DNA of 63,394 nt, filler included, from Chiloscyllium plagiosum (GCF_004010195.1; 4 parts of one record of this genome joined end to end with filler, not necessarily neighbours in it); one strand, 5' to 3'; positions 1 through 12,987 are shown, numbered from the whole stretch's first letter. Numbers and translations: made by a program. The notes: a model not told the origin generated them from the sequence alone.

Positions 1-130
1 TTATGGAGATAAGGCAGGAACAAGATACTGATTAAGGATGATCAGCCATGATCATATTGAATGGTGGTGCAGGCTCGAAGGGCAGAATGGCCTACTCCTG
101 CACCTATTGTCTATTGTCTATTGTCTATTG
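1..130 (+). mobile_element. CR1-clade LINE 3' end with (CTATTGT)n tail
   Basis: 3'UTR motif GGCTCGAAGGGCAGAATGGCCTACTCCTG followed by a short tandem-repeat tail. Confidence 0.8.
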
Positions 131-669
131 AGCAGATATAAGCCATTCAGCCCATCAAGTCTGCTTTGCCATTCAGTGGGATCGTGGCTTTGGTGATCTT
201 TAGCAGAAATCAATCATTATTTGGTTAGTTGATTATAACATTATACTGAAATTTAATAACACATATTAATTGACCACTCTAGAATGCAAAACTAAGTTGC
301 TTTACTTTTCCATTTTGTAATGTTGTTGGTTCGATTAATCAAAACATTGATCTTATTGAATAAACAAAGCTATTGTTATATTATTGATCACGTATAATGC
401 TGAGAAAATGACCCAGTTAACAAGATTTCAATAGTTTAGGAAAATATACGCTAAAGCCATGCTATAACCAAGTAGAATTGGTGCTGACCACAAATTAATA
501 AATAATGTCTGCATCTCTATTTCCAGTAAGTAATGTCTGTGATTCTGTTTGGGGAAACAAAATCCAGAAAAATATTTTCTCTCAGAATATCCTGATACAC
601 TTAAGTCATTTCCTGAATGTGCTCATTTCAGAAAGAAATCAGAAAACATAATTATTTGTAAGAATATAT

Positions 670-1186
670 GCTGTGGTTCTGTTCGCCGTGCTGGAAGTTT
701 TTGTTGCAAACGTTTCGTCCCCTGTCTAGATGATATCCTCAGTGCTTGGGAGCCTCCTGTGAAGTGCTTCTGTGGTGTTTCCTCCGGCATTTATAGTGGC
801 CTGTCCCTGCCGCTTCCTGTTGTCAGTTTCAGCTGTCCGCTGTGGTGGCCGGTATATTGGGTCCAGGTCGATTGTTTGTTGATGGAGTTTGTGGATGGGT
901 GCCATGCTTCTAGGAATTCCCTGGGAACAGCCCGGGAATTCCTAGAAGCATGGCACTCATCCACAAACTCCATCAACAAACACATCGACCTGGACCCAAT
1001 ATACTGGCCACTACAGCGGACAGCTGAAACTGACAACCGGAAGCAGCAGGAACAGGCCACTATAAATGCCGGAGGAAACACCACAGAAGTGCTTCACAGG
1101 AGGGTCCCAAGCACTGAGGATGTCACCTAGACAGGGGACGAAATGTTTGCAACAAAAACTTCCAGCTCGGCGAACAGAACCACAGC
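670..1186. mobile_element. Penelope-like (Poseidon-type) 3' end as a ~250-bp-arm inverted repeat
   Basis: 670-921 is the reverse complement of 934-1186. Encodes AREFLEAWHSSTNSINKHIDLDPIY (C-terminus of a PLE GIY-YIG region). A hammerhead-like motif sits in each arm. Confidence 0.8.
1111..1150 (+). ncRNA. Minimal hammerhead-ribozyme-like motif (Poseidon-type PLE); second copy on minus strand at about 706-745
   Basis: gca-CTGAGGA-T-[GTCACCT agac AGGGGAC]-GAAA(T/C)GT-T-tgc: CUGANGA and GAAA cores, helix II, short helix I. Confidence 0.6.
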
Positions 1187-1277
1187 TGGATCTAGATTAC
1201 TTTCCTTTCTAGCACAAACTCACTTCAGCTGCAGCACCGGTTACAGGCTCCCTGTCTCTGTTTGGGTCACATTGCTT

Positions 1278-1830
1278 CATAAGAATATAGGAACGGGAGT
1301 AGGCCATTCAGCCCCTCGAGCCTGTTCCATCATTCAAACAGATCATGGTTGATCTGAGGCCTAACTCCATGTACCTGCCTTTGGCCCATATCCCTTAATA
1401 CCTTTCCTTAACAAAAAAAATCAATCTCAGATTTAAAAATAACAACTGACTCACTATCCACAGTGGTTAGTAGAACAGAGTTCCAAACATCTACCATCTC
1501 TCCCTAATAGTCTGGCCCTAATCCTCTATGTTCCCTAGTTCGAGAAGCCCCAACCAGTGGAAATAGTTTATCTATATCTACCTTGTCTCTTTCAGCTGAT
1601 ATATTACGCCTCAGCCTCCGACATTCCAGGGAAAATGGCCCCAGCTTATTTAGTTTCTCCCTGTAGCTCAAACCCTCCAACCCTAACAAAATCCTTGTCA
1701 GTCTTTTCTGAGCCCTTTCAAGTTTCACAACATCCTTCCTATAGCAGGGAGACTAGTTGTGGGCTTTGAGTTTGATCAGATCACCCTTGACCATCTAAAT
1801 TCTCGAGAAAACACACTTCATAAATTAACC
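1278..1830 (-). mobile_element. CR1-clade LINE 3' fragments (two families interleaved)
   Basis: Reverse-strand 3'UTR motif and ORF remnant MKLERAQKRLTRILLGLEGLSYREKL. Confidence 0.75.
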
Positions 1831-2250
1831 CTCAAAGTCCAGGTATCAATGTAAACATAGCACTCATGGTCTTCGGTGCTCAGTTCCAGGCTGATAATCT
1901 CTCTGGTTTTTGGTGTGATGGAGAGGCAGGCAATTTGTTATGGGTGGGGTTGGGCAGTGAACATTCAAGGAGTTGGGTATATCACGACGTGGAACTGAGC
2001 TATGTCAATGTCACATCTGAACTATGGTCCACAGGTTTGGAGACAAATATATTGTATGTATTTCAAGCAAATGGTGACGTGGAAGTCATGGGGCAGCAGT
2101 TCTTAGTGGGGTCAAGAGGGACTACCATCTCCTCGAGATTAATGCCACAGATAGTCAAATATCTCATCTGATTCCAGTTAAGGCAGCTGGCTATGTTCCT
2201 TTTTGCTCTGCAAGAGTAAGTACCATCAGCATCTCTCTACTACCCACATT

Positions 2251-2805
2251 CACATGGCCACCACTCACACTAACTCTGCCATTGCATATGCCTCTCAGTA
2301 AGGATGACTTATGGAGTACAACTCTTACTATTGTAACATGTCCATTCGACAGCCCTCACAATACACTGTCCTCCAACACTATTAACCCATCCCACCCTCT
2401 GTGCATGCTACTTAGTGAGGCACTTGGTCCCACCAGAGTCCTGCATCCATGTCCTTGCTGTCCAGCGATTGGGCATCTGCCAGTGTTGAAGGTCAATTAA
2501 ACCAGTCTGGGGATTACAGATGGGTCAGTCAGTCAGGTTGGCCTGGGGTAGCCTTTACTACAATGTGACAAAGGAAAGCATTGTATCTGACGGAACTGCA
2601 ATTTGTGGTGAAGCATGAGCAGAAGAAATGCTGAGGTGTCCACAATGAGTAAATAGGAAGCACAGAGGGTGGGATGGGTTAGTAGTGTTGGAGAACAGTG
2701 TATTGTGAAGGCTGTCAAATGGGCATGATACAACAGTTAGAGTTGCACTCAGTCTTACTGAGAGGCATGTGCAATGACAGAGTTAGCATGAGTGGTGGCT
2801 GTGTG
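2251..2805. repeat. Unclassified imperfect inverted repeat, arms ~150 bp (2251-2404 / 2660-2805)
   Basis: For example AACCCATCCCACCCTCTGTGC vs GCACAGAGGGTGGGATGGGTT, and ATTGCATATGCCTCTCAGTAAG vs CTTACTGAGAGGCATGTGCAAT. Confidence 0.8.
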
Positions 2806-3545
2806 AGTCACAGAGTCAGAGAGTCATAGAGATGTACAACATGGAAACAGACCCTTCAGTCCAACTTGTCCATGCTGACCAGATATCCCAACCCAATCTA
2901 GTCCCATTTGTTAGCACTTGGCCCATTTCCTTTTAAACCCTTCTTATTCATATACCCATCCAGATGCCTTTTAAATATTGCAATTGTACGAGCCTCCAGC
3001 ACTTCCTCTGGCAGCTCATTCTGTACATGCACCACCGTTTGCGTGAATAAGTTGCCGCTTAGGTCCCCTTTAAATTTTTCCCCTCTCACCCTAAACCTAT
3101 GCCCTCTAGTTCTCGACTCCCCCACCCCAGGGAAAAGACCTTGCCTACTTAACCTATCCATGCCCCTCATAATTTTGTAAACCTCTATAAGGTCACCCCT
3201 CAGCCTCCGACTCTCCAGGGAAAACAGCCCCAGCCTGTTCAGCCTCTCCCTATAACTCAAATCCTCCGACCCTGGCAACATCCTTGTAAATTGAACTTAA
3301 TCTGGGTAATTTTTACTGTACACTTATCAAAACAAATTGCAAAGCGCCCGCTAGTTTTGGACTTGCTCATCCTGGGGAAAAGACCTTACCTATTTACCCT
3401 CCCTGTGCCTCTCTTTAAAAATCTCTTTAAGGTCACCCCTCCGCTTCTGACCATCCAGGGGAAAACAATCTTATCAGCCTCTCCCTACAGCTCAAACTGT
3501 CCAACCCTTGCAACATCCTAATCCATCTTTTCTGCACCCTTTGAA
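2806..3545 (-). mobile_element. HER1/CR1 LINE 3' end plus adjacent CR1 fragment
   Basis: ORF 2898-3281 ([34 protein letters not shown]..) and (GAGTCATA)-type tail. Confidence 0.9.
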
Positions 3546-5899
3546 GTGAGAACCCATTAACGGAGTCAGTCCAGTAAAAAAAAACTGAAACACTTAAAAA
3601 GAAATTGCTGCATCCAGATTACAATTTGATTTTGTTTATGAAAGATCTGGGATTTGTACTTGCTACTTTGACCACTGTGTAGGGAATCCACATGCATTGC
3701 CAAGGTACAAAGCTGGTGAGAATGGATTCAAAGCAGTTGTACAGTGAAGGCAGAAAGCAGGAAGGAAAGATGAACTACTCTCACTTGTAGCTTCAATCTG
3801 ATTTACATCTTTGTAAAGAATGCGGCGCAGAAGAATAAATTCAGTAATCCTGCACTCCCGGTGGGAAATTTGTAAGCAATTTATATTTGATTTGGTCTTT
3901 GATGTTTTGAGGCTTGTGGGAGCCTTATTCTGAAGTAAGTCTTTTTATTAAATTTGTAAAAGAAACTGCAATCCATATCCAGTCATTCAAATATAAGGCT
4001 TATCCATACTAAACAGTGAACAAGACATTTCTGACTAATGTTTCATGTTCTGAGTTGATCAGAATTGACGTCTCTAGCCTTATCAATTCATTGTTCCTCT
4101 TGGTCTGAAGAAGGGTCACTGAACCCAAAACATTAACTCTGATTTCTTTCTTCAGATGCTGCAGCTCTGCTGAGCTTTTCCAGCAATTTCTGATTTGTTT
4201 TTTGATTTACAGCGCCCTGCAGTTTTTTTTTAATCTCTGGCCTCACTTGACCACATTCAGTTCTGCACTAGGAATATTCTTTATAAAAGTCTCGACTTTA
4301 TGTCTCTCTCTACAAAGTTTAAAAAGGCACTGAAGTACCTTGTTCCCTAATAGTGTCTCATTAATTGTGTGCAGGGGGTCCCTGATTTGTGAATGTCTGA
4401 CTTACAAACGTTTGTACTTATGAATGCAATCCCTTCTACGGGTGTAATTTTAAAGGCCCTTGTACAAAAACTACCTGTTTACAGTTTCCTGCATTGTGTT
4501 CTTGCTTGTGTTCAAGTCAGGTTGATGTCGGACTCCAGAAGAGAACCCAATCACAGCCCAGAGTCTGCTTGTACTTTGGGGTAGAAGTTCCACTTTGAGC
4601 ATAGTGGTTGCATCTATCACTCTGGGCTAGGCAGTCTGGGTTCAACTCCTACCTGCCCCAGAAATAGTTGTAACATGTCTGAAAAACATTCACTTAGAAA
4701 CCACAACTGCATCAATAACCTGATACTAAAATGACAGTCTTACAATAAAATGGAAGCGCAGAAAAACTCTGTGCTTGTAGAGCTGTGGTTGAAGAGAAGC
4801 TGAGGAATAGGATAATAAAGCTGGAATAATGATTCTCCAACTATATGTCCTTTGAACATGTAGAAGCTCAGCATCATTGAATTTACCCAACAGACATTAC
4901 ATTAATTTCAGTGAAAACAGATTCACTTGGATTTTGAAAAATTCATTCGGAGGACATGGGCATTGCTGGCAAGCTTGGTATTTATTGTCCCAGCTGCCTT
5001 GAAATGCTGGCAGATGCCCAGCTGAGTGACAGAGCCAACTATAGTCATGTAAGAGTAGGGTCACTTATCAGCCAGACTAAATAAGGATAACAGGTTTTCT
5101 CTCATAAGGACATTTGTGAACCAAATGGGCCATTAACAACCAACTGACAGCTTCATGATCATTTTGATGAAGCCACCATTTTATCTCCAGCTTTATTAAC
5201 ACTGAATGCAGGAACACAAAACCAATGATACAACCCCTGGGTTATATTTTTGGCTTTGTTTATTGAGAAGCAGCAGTTTAAATATGATGCATTCATTAAT
5301 TAGGGAAAGGAAGTATACAGCCATGACAATAGGGGATGGTTCAATGATATCGGAGGACAAATAAGCTGGTGTCATGGAGTGTGTTGGTCTCATTAAGTTA
5401 GTGAAGGCAGCATCCTGTTCTCTAACCAAGGTATTGAGGAGCTCTCCCCTACTTCTTTTTGAGGTCCATCTTCCATCTGGAGAAGACAGAGCACTGCTCG
5501 ATGGAGTTTGCTGCCTGTTGAGAATTCCCCTCTGCCCTGGAAACTTATTGCTGTATCGCATTTATCGGAGGAGATTGCTGACTCTGTGTCAATTAATTGT
5601 TTGAACCCTTTTGGCCAATGGCCATGGAACAATTGGATTGCCATTGTCTATTTGCCTGTCTCCTTCTCAGGGTTAGGTTACCATTCTTTGGAAGAACAAA
5701 CACTTCTTAGTTTTAAAAGCAACACGCGGGGAGATGTGGCACCACACCAATTATTGACACTAGTTCCATGGCCTCCAGGACCTCTGGAGTCTTGTAGATC
5801 TTCCTTTTTCTTAGACTAGAACATTGGAAAGTTAATCATTGTTGTAATCGCTGTTAAGTGAAATCTTATGTAATGCAATAAATTAGACCACACTTGGAA

Positions 5900-6415
5900 T
5901 GTTAGACCACTCTTGGAATATTGTGTTTAGTTTTGGTCACCTCATTATGGGGAAGATGTGAAAGCTTTAGAGAGGATGCAGAGGAGATTTGCCAGGCTGC
6001 TGCCTGTAGGGGAATGTATGTCTTATGAAGAAAGATTGAGGGAGCAAGGGCTTTTCTCATTGGAACGAAAAAGGATGAGAGGTGACTTGATATAAGTGTA
6101 CCAGATGTTGAAAATCATAGATAGAGTAGATAGCCAGAGACTTTTTCCCATTGACAAGGGGGCACAATTTTAAGCTAATTGGAGGAAGATTTAGGGGAGA
6201 TGACAGAGGTCAGTCCGTTACTGAGAGATTAGTGGGTGCGTGGAATGCAAGTCATGTACATGAAAGACATTTAAGCCACTCTTGAACAGGCACCTTGAAT
6301 TTGGTACAATGAAGGGTAAGTAGGTTAGTCTGATCTTAGAGTAAAAGGCCGGCACAACATCGAGGGCCAAAGATCCTGTACTGTGCTGAACTGTTGTATG
6401 TTCTATGTTCTACAT
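5900..6415 (+). mobile_element. CR1-clade LINE 3' portion, decayed
   Basis: [12 protein letters not shown] motif through the 3'UTR and TTCTATG tail. Confidence 0.8.
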
Positions 6416-6820
6416 TAAATACAAGAAAAAAATCTGATCTTAAAGGACCTCAATTTCCACCAGCCCTCAGAATTATACGTGTGGCATGTTTTGGTATTCT
6501 CATCATTAATATCTGGTTCTGACTGCCAACTAACTTCACTGAAGTAGAAAGTCACTGAGCAGGTTATTGCTGAGTAGGTGCTGCTTGGTAGCACTGTTGA
6601 TGACATCTTCCATCATGTGACTGATGATCAGGAGTAGACCGATGGGGTGGTAAATGGCCGGGTTGGCTTTGTCCTGCTTTTTGTCGAGCAATTTTCCACA
6701 TTGTTGGGCAGATGCCAGTGTTGTAACTGTACTGGGACAATTTGGCTAGGGGAGCAACAGGTTCTGAAGAACAAGTCTTCAGCACTGTTACTGCAATATT
6801 GTCAGAGCTCTCAGCCTTCA

Positions 6821-7102
6821 TGGCACGGTGGCTCAGCGGTTAGCACTGCTGCCTCACAGCACCAGGGTCCCAGGTTCGATTCCAGCCTCGGGTGACTGTG
6901 TGGAGTTTGCACATTCTCCCCGCGTCTGTGTGGGTTTCCTCCGGGTGCTCCGGTTTCCTCCCACAGTCCAGGATGTGCAGGCCATGCTGAATTGCCCATA
7001 GTGTTAGGTGCATTAGTCAGAGGGAAATGGGTCTGAGTGGGTTGCTCTTCGGAGGGTCGGTGTGGTCTGTTTGGGCCGAAGGGTCTGTTTCCACACTGTA
7101 GG
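6821..7102 (+). mobile_element. HE1-type tRNA-derived V-SINE
   Basis: A box GTGGCTCAGCGG, B box GGTTCGATTCC, V-domain TGTGGAGTTTGCACATTCTCCCCG..GGTTTCCTCCGGGTGCTCCGG, HER1-like tail. Confidence 0.9.
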
Positions 7103-7113
7103 GAACCTCATCT

Positions 7114-7660
7114 GGATCAGTGGTGCTGGAAGAGCACAGCAATTCAGGCAGCATCCGACGAGCAGCAAAATCGATGTTTCGGGCAAAAGCCCTTCATCAG
7201 GAATAAAGCTTTTAAAAGGCAGAGAGCCTGAAGCGTGGAGAGATAAGCTAGAGGAGGGTGGGGGTGGGGAGAGAGTGGCATAGAGTACAATAGGTCAGTG
7301 GGGAAGGAGATGAAGGTGATAAGTCAGGGAGGAGAGGGTGGAGTGGATAGGTGGAAAAGGAGCTGGGCAGGTCGGACATGTCCGGACAGGTCAGGGGATC
7401 GAGTTTCTGGAGGGTAGAAGGTAGGATGAGGTGGGGGAAGGGGAAATGTGGTAGCTGTTGAAGTTCAGATTGTTGCCCTGGGGTTGAAGTGTTCCGAGGC
7501 GGAAGATGAGGCGTTCTTCCTCCAGGCGTCTGGTGGTGAGGGAGCGGCGGTGAAGGAGGCCCAGGACCTCCATGTCCTCGGCAGAGTGGGAGAGGGAGTT
7601 GAAATGTTGGGCCACGGGGCGGTTTGGTTGATTGGTGCGGATGTCTCGGAGATGTTCCCT
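7114..7660 (-). mobile_element. Penelope-like (Neptune-type) 3' fragment with 12-bp TSD
   Basis: ORF 7391-7615 (QHFNSLSHS..RRLEEERLIFRLGTLQPQG). GGAACCTCATCT duplicated at 7102-7113 and 7661-7672. Confidence 0.85.
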
Positions 7661-9259
7661 GGAACCTCATCTATCCAGTGCCTCTAACTGTTTCTTGCTA
7701 TCACATGAACTAAGTTGAATTGGCTGAAGACTGCTATCTGATGCTGGGGATCACCAGAGAAGGCCCAGCGGGTTACTCTGCTCCTGACCTCATTACAGCC
7801 TTGGTTCAAACATGAGGTGAAGTGAGAGTGATAGCCCTTGACATCAAGGCCACACTCCACTGAACGTGGTATCAAGGAGGCCTACCAAAACTGAAATCAA
7901 TTCCGATCGATCAGAAGGCAAATTCTCTGCTGGGTGGATTCATACCTGACATGTAGCAAGATGGTCGTGGTTGTTGGAGGTCAGTCATCTCAGCTCCAGG
8001 AGATCACTGCAGGAGTTCCTCAGGGTGGTGTCCTCGGCCCAGCCATCTTTAGCTGCTTCATCAATGACCTTCCCACAATCATAAGGTTTGAAATGGGGGT
8101 ATTCGCCGATGATCACACAATGTTCAGCATCGTTCACGACTCCTCAGACACCGAAGCAGTCCATGTTGAGATGCAACAAGATCTGGACAATACCCAGACA
8201 TGACCTGACAAGTGTCAAGTAACATTCGTACAGGCTATAAGCATCACCAATAAGAGACAATCTAACCACCGCCCCTTCGCATTCAATGGTGTTACCATCA
8301 CTGAATTCCCCCACGATCAACATCCTGGGGTTACTATTGACCAGAAACTCAACATAAACACAGTGGCTACAAGAGCAGGTCAGAGGCTAGGAATACTGCG
8401 GTGAGTAACTCAACTCCTGACTTCTCAAAGCCTGTCCACCATCTACAAGGCACAAGTCAGGAGTGCGATGGAATACTCCCCAGTGGCCTAGATGAATGCA
8501 GCTCCAACAACATTTGAGAAGCTTGATATCATTGAGGAAAACGCAGCTTGCTTGATTGGCACCACATCCACAAATAACCACTCCCTTCACCACCGATGCT
8601 CACTACAGCTATGTATACTATCTACAAGATGCACTGCAGATATTCACCAAAGATCCTCAGACAGCACCTTCCAACCCCATCACCCCTTCAATCTGGAAGG
8701 ACAAGGACAATAGATACATAGGAACATCACCACCTGCAAGTTTCTGTCCAAGCCACTCACCATCCTGACTTGGAAATATATCACCCTTACTTCAGTGTTG
8801 TTGTGTCAAAATCGTAGAATCCCTCCCTAACGGCATAATGAGTCAACCTAACACACATGAACGCTCACCACTACCTTCTCAAGGGCAACGAGGAACGGGC
8901 AATATTCACTGATCAGCCATATCCAACAGGTGAATATAGAAGAAAATAGACTTTTTTTATTCTCACTGCATAATGTCGCCATGTTGAAGCAGGCAGGTAA
9001 TCTATTGTTTCAGGGTTTGATCAGCTGATTCTATGTATAATGGAGCAGCCTTGGGATGATATGTATCTGGATAATGTAAATGTTGTGTTAATATGGATAA
9101 TATCCTGTGATTGTTGTGTGCCAAGTAAGTGCTGCACTGGGTACCAGCATACATTGTATCAATATATAATTACAGAGGCTGGCTGGAAACAACCTAGGAA
9201 TATAGGCACTGGTAAAGCCATTCGGTCCATCGAGTCTGTTGCACCATTCAACTAGATTG

Positions 9260-9666
9260 GAAGGATGTTGTGAAACTTGAAAGGGTTCAGAAAAGATTTA
9301 CAAGGGTGATTGGAGGGTATGAGCTACAGGGAGAGGCAGATTGGCTGGGGCTGTTTTCTCTGGAGCATCTGGAGCAGGTTTAGGGTGAGAGGGGAAAGAT
9401 ATAAAAGAAACCTACAGGGCAACATTTTCACACAGAGAGTAGTGCGTGTATGGAATGAGCTGCCAGAGGAAGTAGTGAAGGCTGGTACAATTACAACATT
9501 TAAGAGGCATTTGGATGGGTATATGAATAGGAAGGGTTTGAAGGGATATGGACCAGGTGCTGGCAGGTGGGACTAGATAGGCTTGGGATATCTGGTTGGC
9601 ATGGACAGGCTGGACCGAAGGGTCTGTTTCCATGCTGTGCATCTCTACGACTCTATGAGTCTATGA
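9260..9666 (+). mobile_element. HER1/CR1 LINE 3' end, internally deleted
   Basis: ORF remnant FTQRVVRVWNELPEEVV and (CTATGA)-type tail. Confidence 0.85.
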
Positions 9667-9667
9667 C

Positions 9668-12600
9668 TACCAGGTTTAAAACAGACAAAAAATTAATTCA
9701 CAAAATTACACATTCAAACACAAAGAACAGAATAAAGAACTCCTACCGAACTCAGTCCATCCAAATTAGACTTAAGTATGATGTTCTGAATATACACAGC
9801 AGTCCCAATAAGCAAACTTCCTTTAAAACCCAGTATAAGTGGAACACATGCTTACAGGTTGAAGTTGAAGGGCAGAAAGACAGAGAGAGTTTGTTTCCAC
9901 ACAGCTTACTGTTGAACTCCTCACCAGTTCAGGACTGAACTAAACTGCTCAACTAGAGAGATGACCACGCCCCTTTCATTATACAGGTCACTTCTAAAAC
10001 ATGACCACTTTGGCCTGAAGTCTCATCTGTTTACATATAAACAAAAGGCCTCTCAAAATCCTTTTCATCTCTGTACCAAATCAGACTGATTGGAGCCTGG
10101 CCTGGTTTATTGCCCCTTTGAAAAATAATCAAAAACAGAGTCTCCTTGAGCCATGGAACAACTTTTCGAAAAAAAAGGGAGTAGCTTTGTGACACCGCCC
10201 ACCTTAAAAAAAATGAACCATCAATACCAAAAGGTAGCTTCATTTTAACCCTTCAAAACATGGTTAGTAGTCTAAAACAAACTATACGCTATACTAATAA
10301 TAAACATGCAAACGTGCACAACCACATGCAAATTCAGGCCATGGTACACCCACCACCTCTGTATCTCATTCGAGTCTTGATAACACATCGGCAATCACGT
10401 TTTCGCGAACTGCCACGTGCACCATTATCAAATTGAATGGCTTCAACAACAAGCTCCATCTAAACAGTCTGGCATTTTTGCCCTTAAATCTTTCCACAAA
10501 TGTCAATGGGTTGTGATCAGTGTATACAACTGTCTCAGATGCTGGTAATAGAAACACTGAAATGTTGTAAGGCCAACACCAAGCTCAAAGTCAACTTTCC
10601 CCACTGTGGAATATTTCTGTTGATGAATGTTCAATGTCCTGTAAAATTACCCGATGGGTCTTTCTATCCCTTCGTCATCCTCCTGCAGGAGCACCGCACT
10701 GACACCAACATCACTGGCATTGATAGCCACCTTTAAAGGCTTCATATAACCCAGTGTGGCTAATACTGGGGCAGCATTAACACAGTTTTTAGGCTGTCAA
10801 ATGCCTTTTGACAGTCCCTGTCCACTGAAACTTCTTGCCTTTTTTTTTAAACAATTCGTTGAGTGGAGCAGCCACACTGCTAAAGTTCGGCACAAATTTT
10901 CGGTAAAATCTACTCAACCCCAGGAACCGTAATACTGCTTTTTTTGTCAATGGAATGGGAAATTCCCAATTACTTCTGTTTTTGCAACTCATGGGGCATT
11001 TGTCCATATCCAGGAACATGGCCCAGGAAGGTGATTTGAACTTTGGCAAATTCACTTTTAGCTAGGTTTATCACCAAGCCTGCCTTCTGAAGTCGATCAA
11101 ACAAGTCTGATAAATGTTGTAAATGTACATACAAATCACTAAAAATCAATATACACCATACAGTTGGGTAATCTGGCAATGACCTTATTAGTTAGTCTCT
11201 GAAATGTGGCTGGAGCGTTCTTCATACCAAATGGCATGACTTTGAACAAATATAGTACATTTGGCATTATGAAAGCCGAAATTGCTTTTGCTCTCTCTGT
11301 CAGACGTTCTTGCCAGTAGCCTCTGGGCAAGTACAAATTAGATATGTAAGTTGCTTGTCCCACTTTTTCGACACAGTCCTTCAACCATAGAATTGGATAT
11401 GCATCAGTCTTTGTAACGGCGTTGACTTTGTGATAGCCCACACAGAACCGCTGGGTACCATCTGGCTTTGGCACCATAACTATGGGTGAGCTCCAGTCAT
11501 TGCAACTCACTTCGATTATGCCATCTTGGAGCATGCACTCTATCTCTTTCTGAACCTGTGCCAACTTTAGAGGGTTATGCCTATAAGGATGTTGCTTAAT
11601 TGGAACAGCATCTCCTATATTTACATCACTGACAATTAGGTTAGTACTTCCCAGTTTATTTCCGCATATCTTACCATGTGATATTAATAACTCTTTCAGG
11701 TCATTTTGATTTTCTTGCTTTCCTTCCCTATCAAAATACCTTTTGAGCATATTCACATCACCCATTCTGTGAGATTTCTTCCTGTCTGGAGTCCTTATCA
11801 AGTAGTTCACTTCACTCAATTTCCTCTCAATTTGATACAGTCCACTAAACCTTGCTTTTAAAGACTCACCAATACCTTATCCCCCTTTGCAAAATTACGA
11901 ATTTGTGATTTCTTATCCATTTCCTGATTCATTGTATGCTGCAGTACTTTTAAATGCTGTCGAGCCAACTCTCCAGCTCTATTTAATCGTTCTCTAAAAT
12001 TTGACACATAGTCTAAATGGGTGGTCTCTGAATGCTGACTCATTAGTTTTTCCTTAATCAGTTTGAATGGTCCTCTTACTGCATGCCAAAAAATTAATTC
12101 AAATGGACTGAATTTGGTCGATTCATTCGATGCATCTCTGATCGCAGAAATTACAAATGGAATTCCCTAATCCCAAACATCTGGATAAACCTGACCATAA
12201 GCCCTCAACATGGTCTTTAATGTTTGATGCCATCTCTCTAGCGCTCCTTGCGATCCCAGATGGTACGCATTGGTTTGAATTGCTTTATTCCTAAGTTACT
12301 TTCCTTAAATAGTTTTGATGTGAAGTTTGATCCTTGATCTGACTGGATCTCTTATTGGCAGTCCGTATCTCGTAAAAAATTTCGGTAATTCTTCTACAAC
12401 CCTATTAATTGTGATGTTGCGTAATGGAATTGCCTCGGGAAATCTAGTTGACACATCCATTATTGTCAGTAAATACTTATTTCCACTTTTTTTTTGTTTG
12501 AGGTAGGTGACCTACGCAATCAATCAAGACTCTTGTGAAAGGTTCCTCAAATACTGGAATAGGTATTAAAGGTGCAGTTTTTATTACTGCCTGTGGTTTT

Positions 12601-12870
12601 CTGATTAGCTGACAAGCATGGCACAAAATTCAACTACATCCTTGTGCAGTCCAGGCCAGTAAAAATGACTTTGTACTTTAGCCTGTGTTGTCCTCACCCC
12701 TAAATGACCTCCAAGTGGTAGCTCATGTGCCACTTGCAGCAGCTCCTTTCTATATCCTACTGAATTCTACATCGAGTGTAATTTTATTCCTCCAAAGCAA
12801 CACAGGAGTTTGAACAGGTTCAAACGGGTAAAATTCAGGACATAAAACATATCAAAGCCCCATTCCTTGC
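9668..12870 (-). mobile_element. Decayed Ty3/Gypsy LTR retrotransposon with Gmr1-like INT-RT-RH order and partial 3' LTR
   Basis: On the minus strand: integrase (GGHLG, IDCVG, SDQGSNF, LERWHQTLK; ~12730-12050), then RT (WSSPIVMVPK, MPFGMKNAPATFQR, VYID; ~11600-10970), then RNase H (TDHNPL, ADVLSR; to 10366). A PPT-like AAGGTGGGCGG is followed by the TGTCAC LTR start at 10194. Many frameshifts. Confidence 0.85.
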
Positions 12871-12987
12871 ATGGTTCAGGTCATAGAATCATGGAAAATT
12901 AATGGCACAGAAAGTTGCCACTTGGGCCACTGTATTTGCAAAGAAAAGTCAGAAGTCACATGGCACCTGGTCCAACAGATTTATTTA

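Larger units (their letters stand above)
6553..8945. mobile_element. CR1/L2-group LINE with inverted 5' part (minus 6553-7765, plus 7765-8945), interrupted by a SINE and a PLE
   Basis: Plus part encodes RT motifs GVPQGGVLGPAIFSCFINDLP and VFADD. Minus part encodes the upstream RT region (PLAKLSQYSYNTG...KQHLLSNNLL). Confidence 0.7.

Noticed and set aside
3785..3849. Possible next DPP6 exon (contains TEFI, flanked by ag/gtgag on the minus strand)
   Set aside because: In the phase required after the 15932 exon it hits a stop. The acceptor lacks a pyrimidine tract and similarity ends after four residues.
6821..6890. tRNA genes suggested by A/B boxes here and at other SINE heads
   Set aside because: Each continues into a SINE body and tail, so these are tRNA-derived SINE heads.
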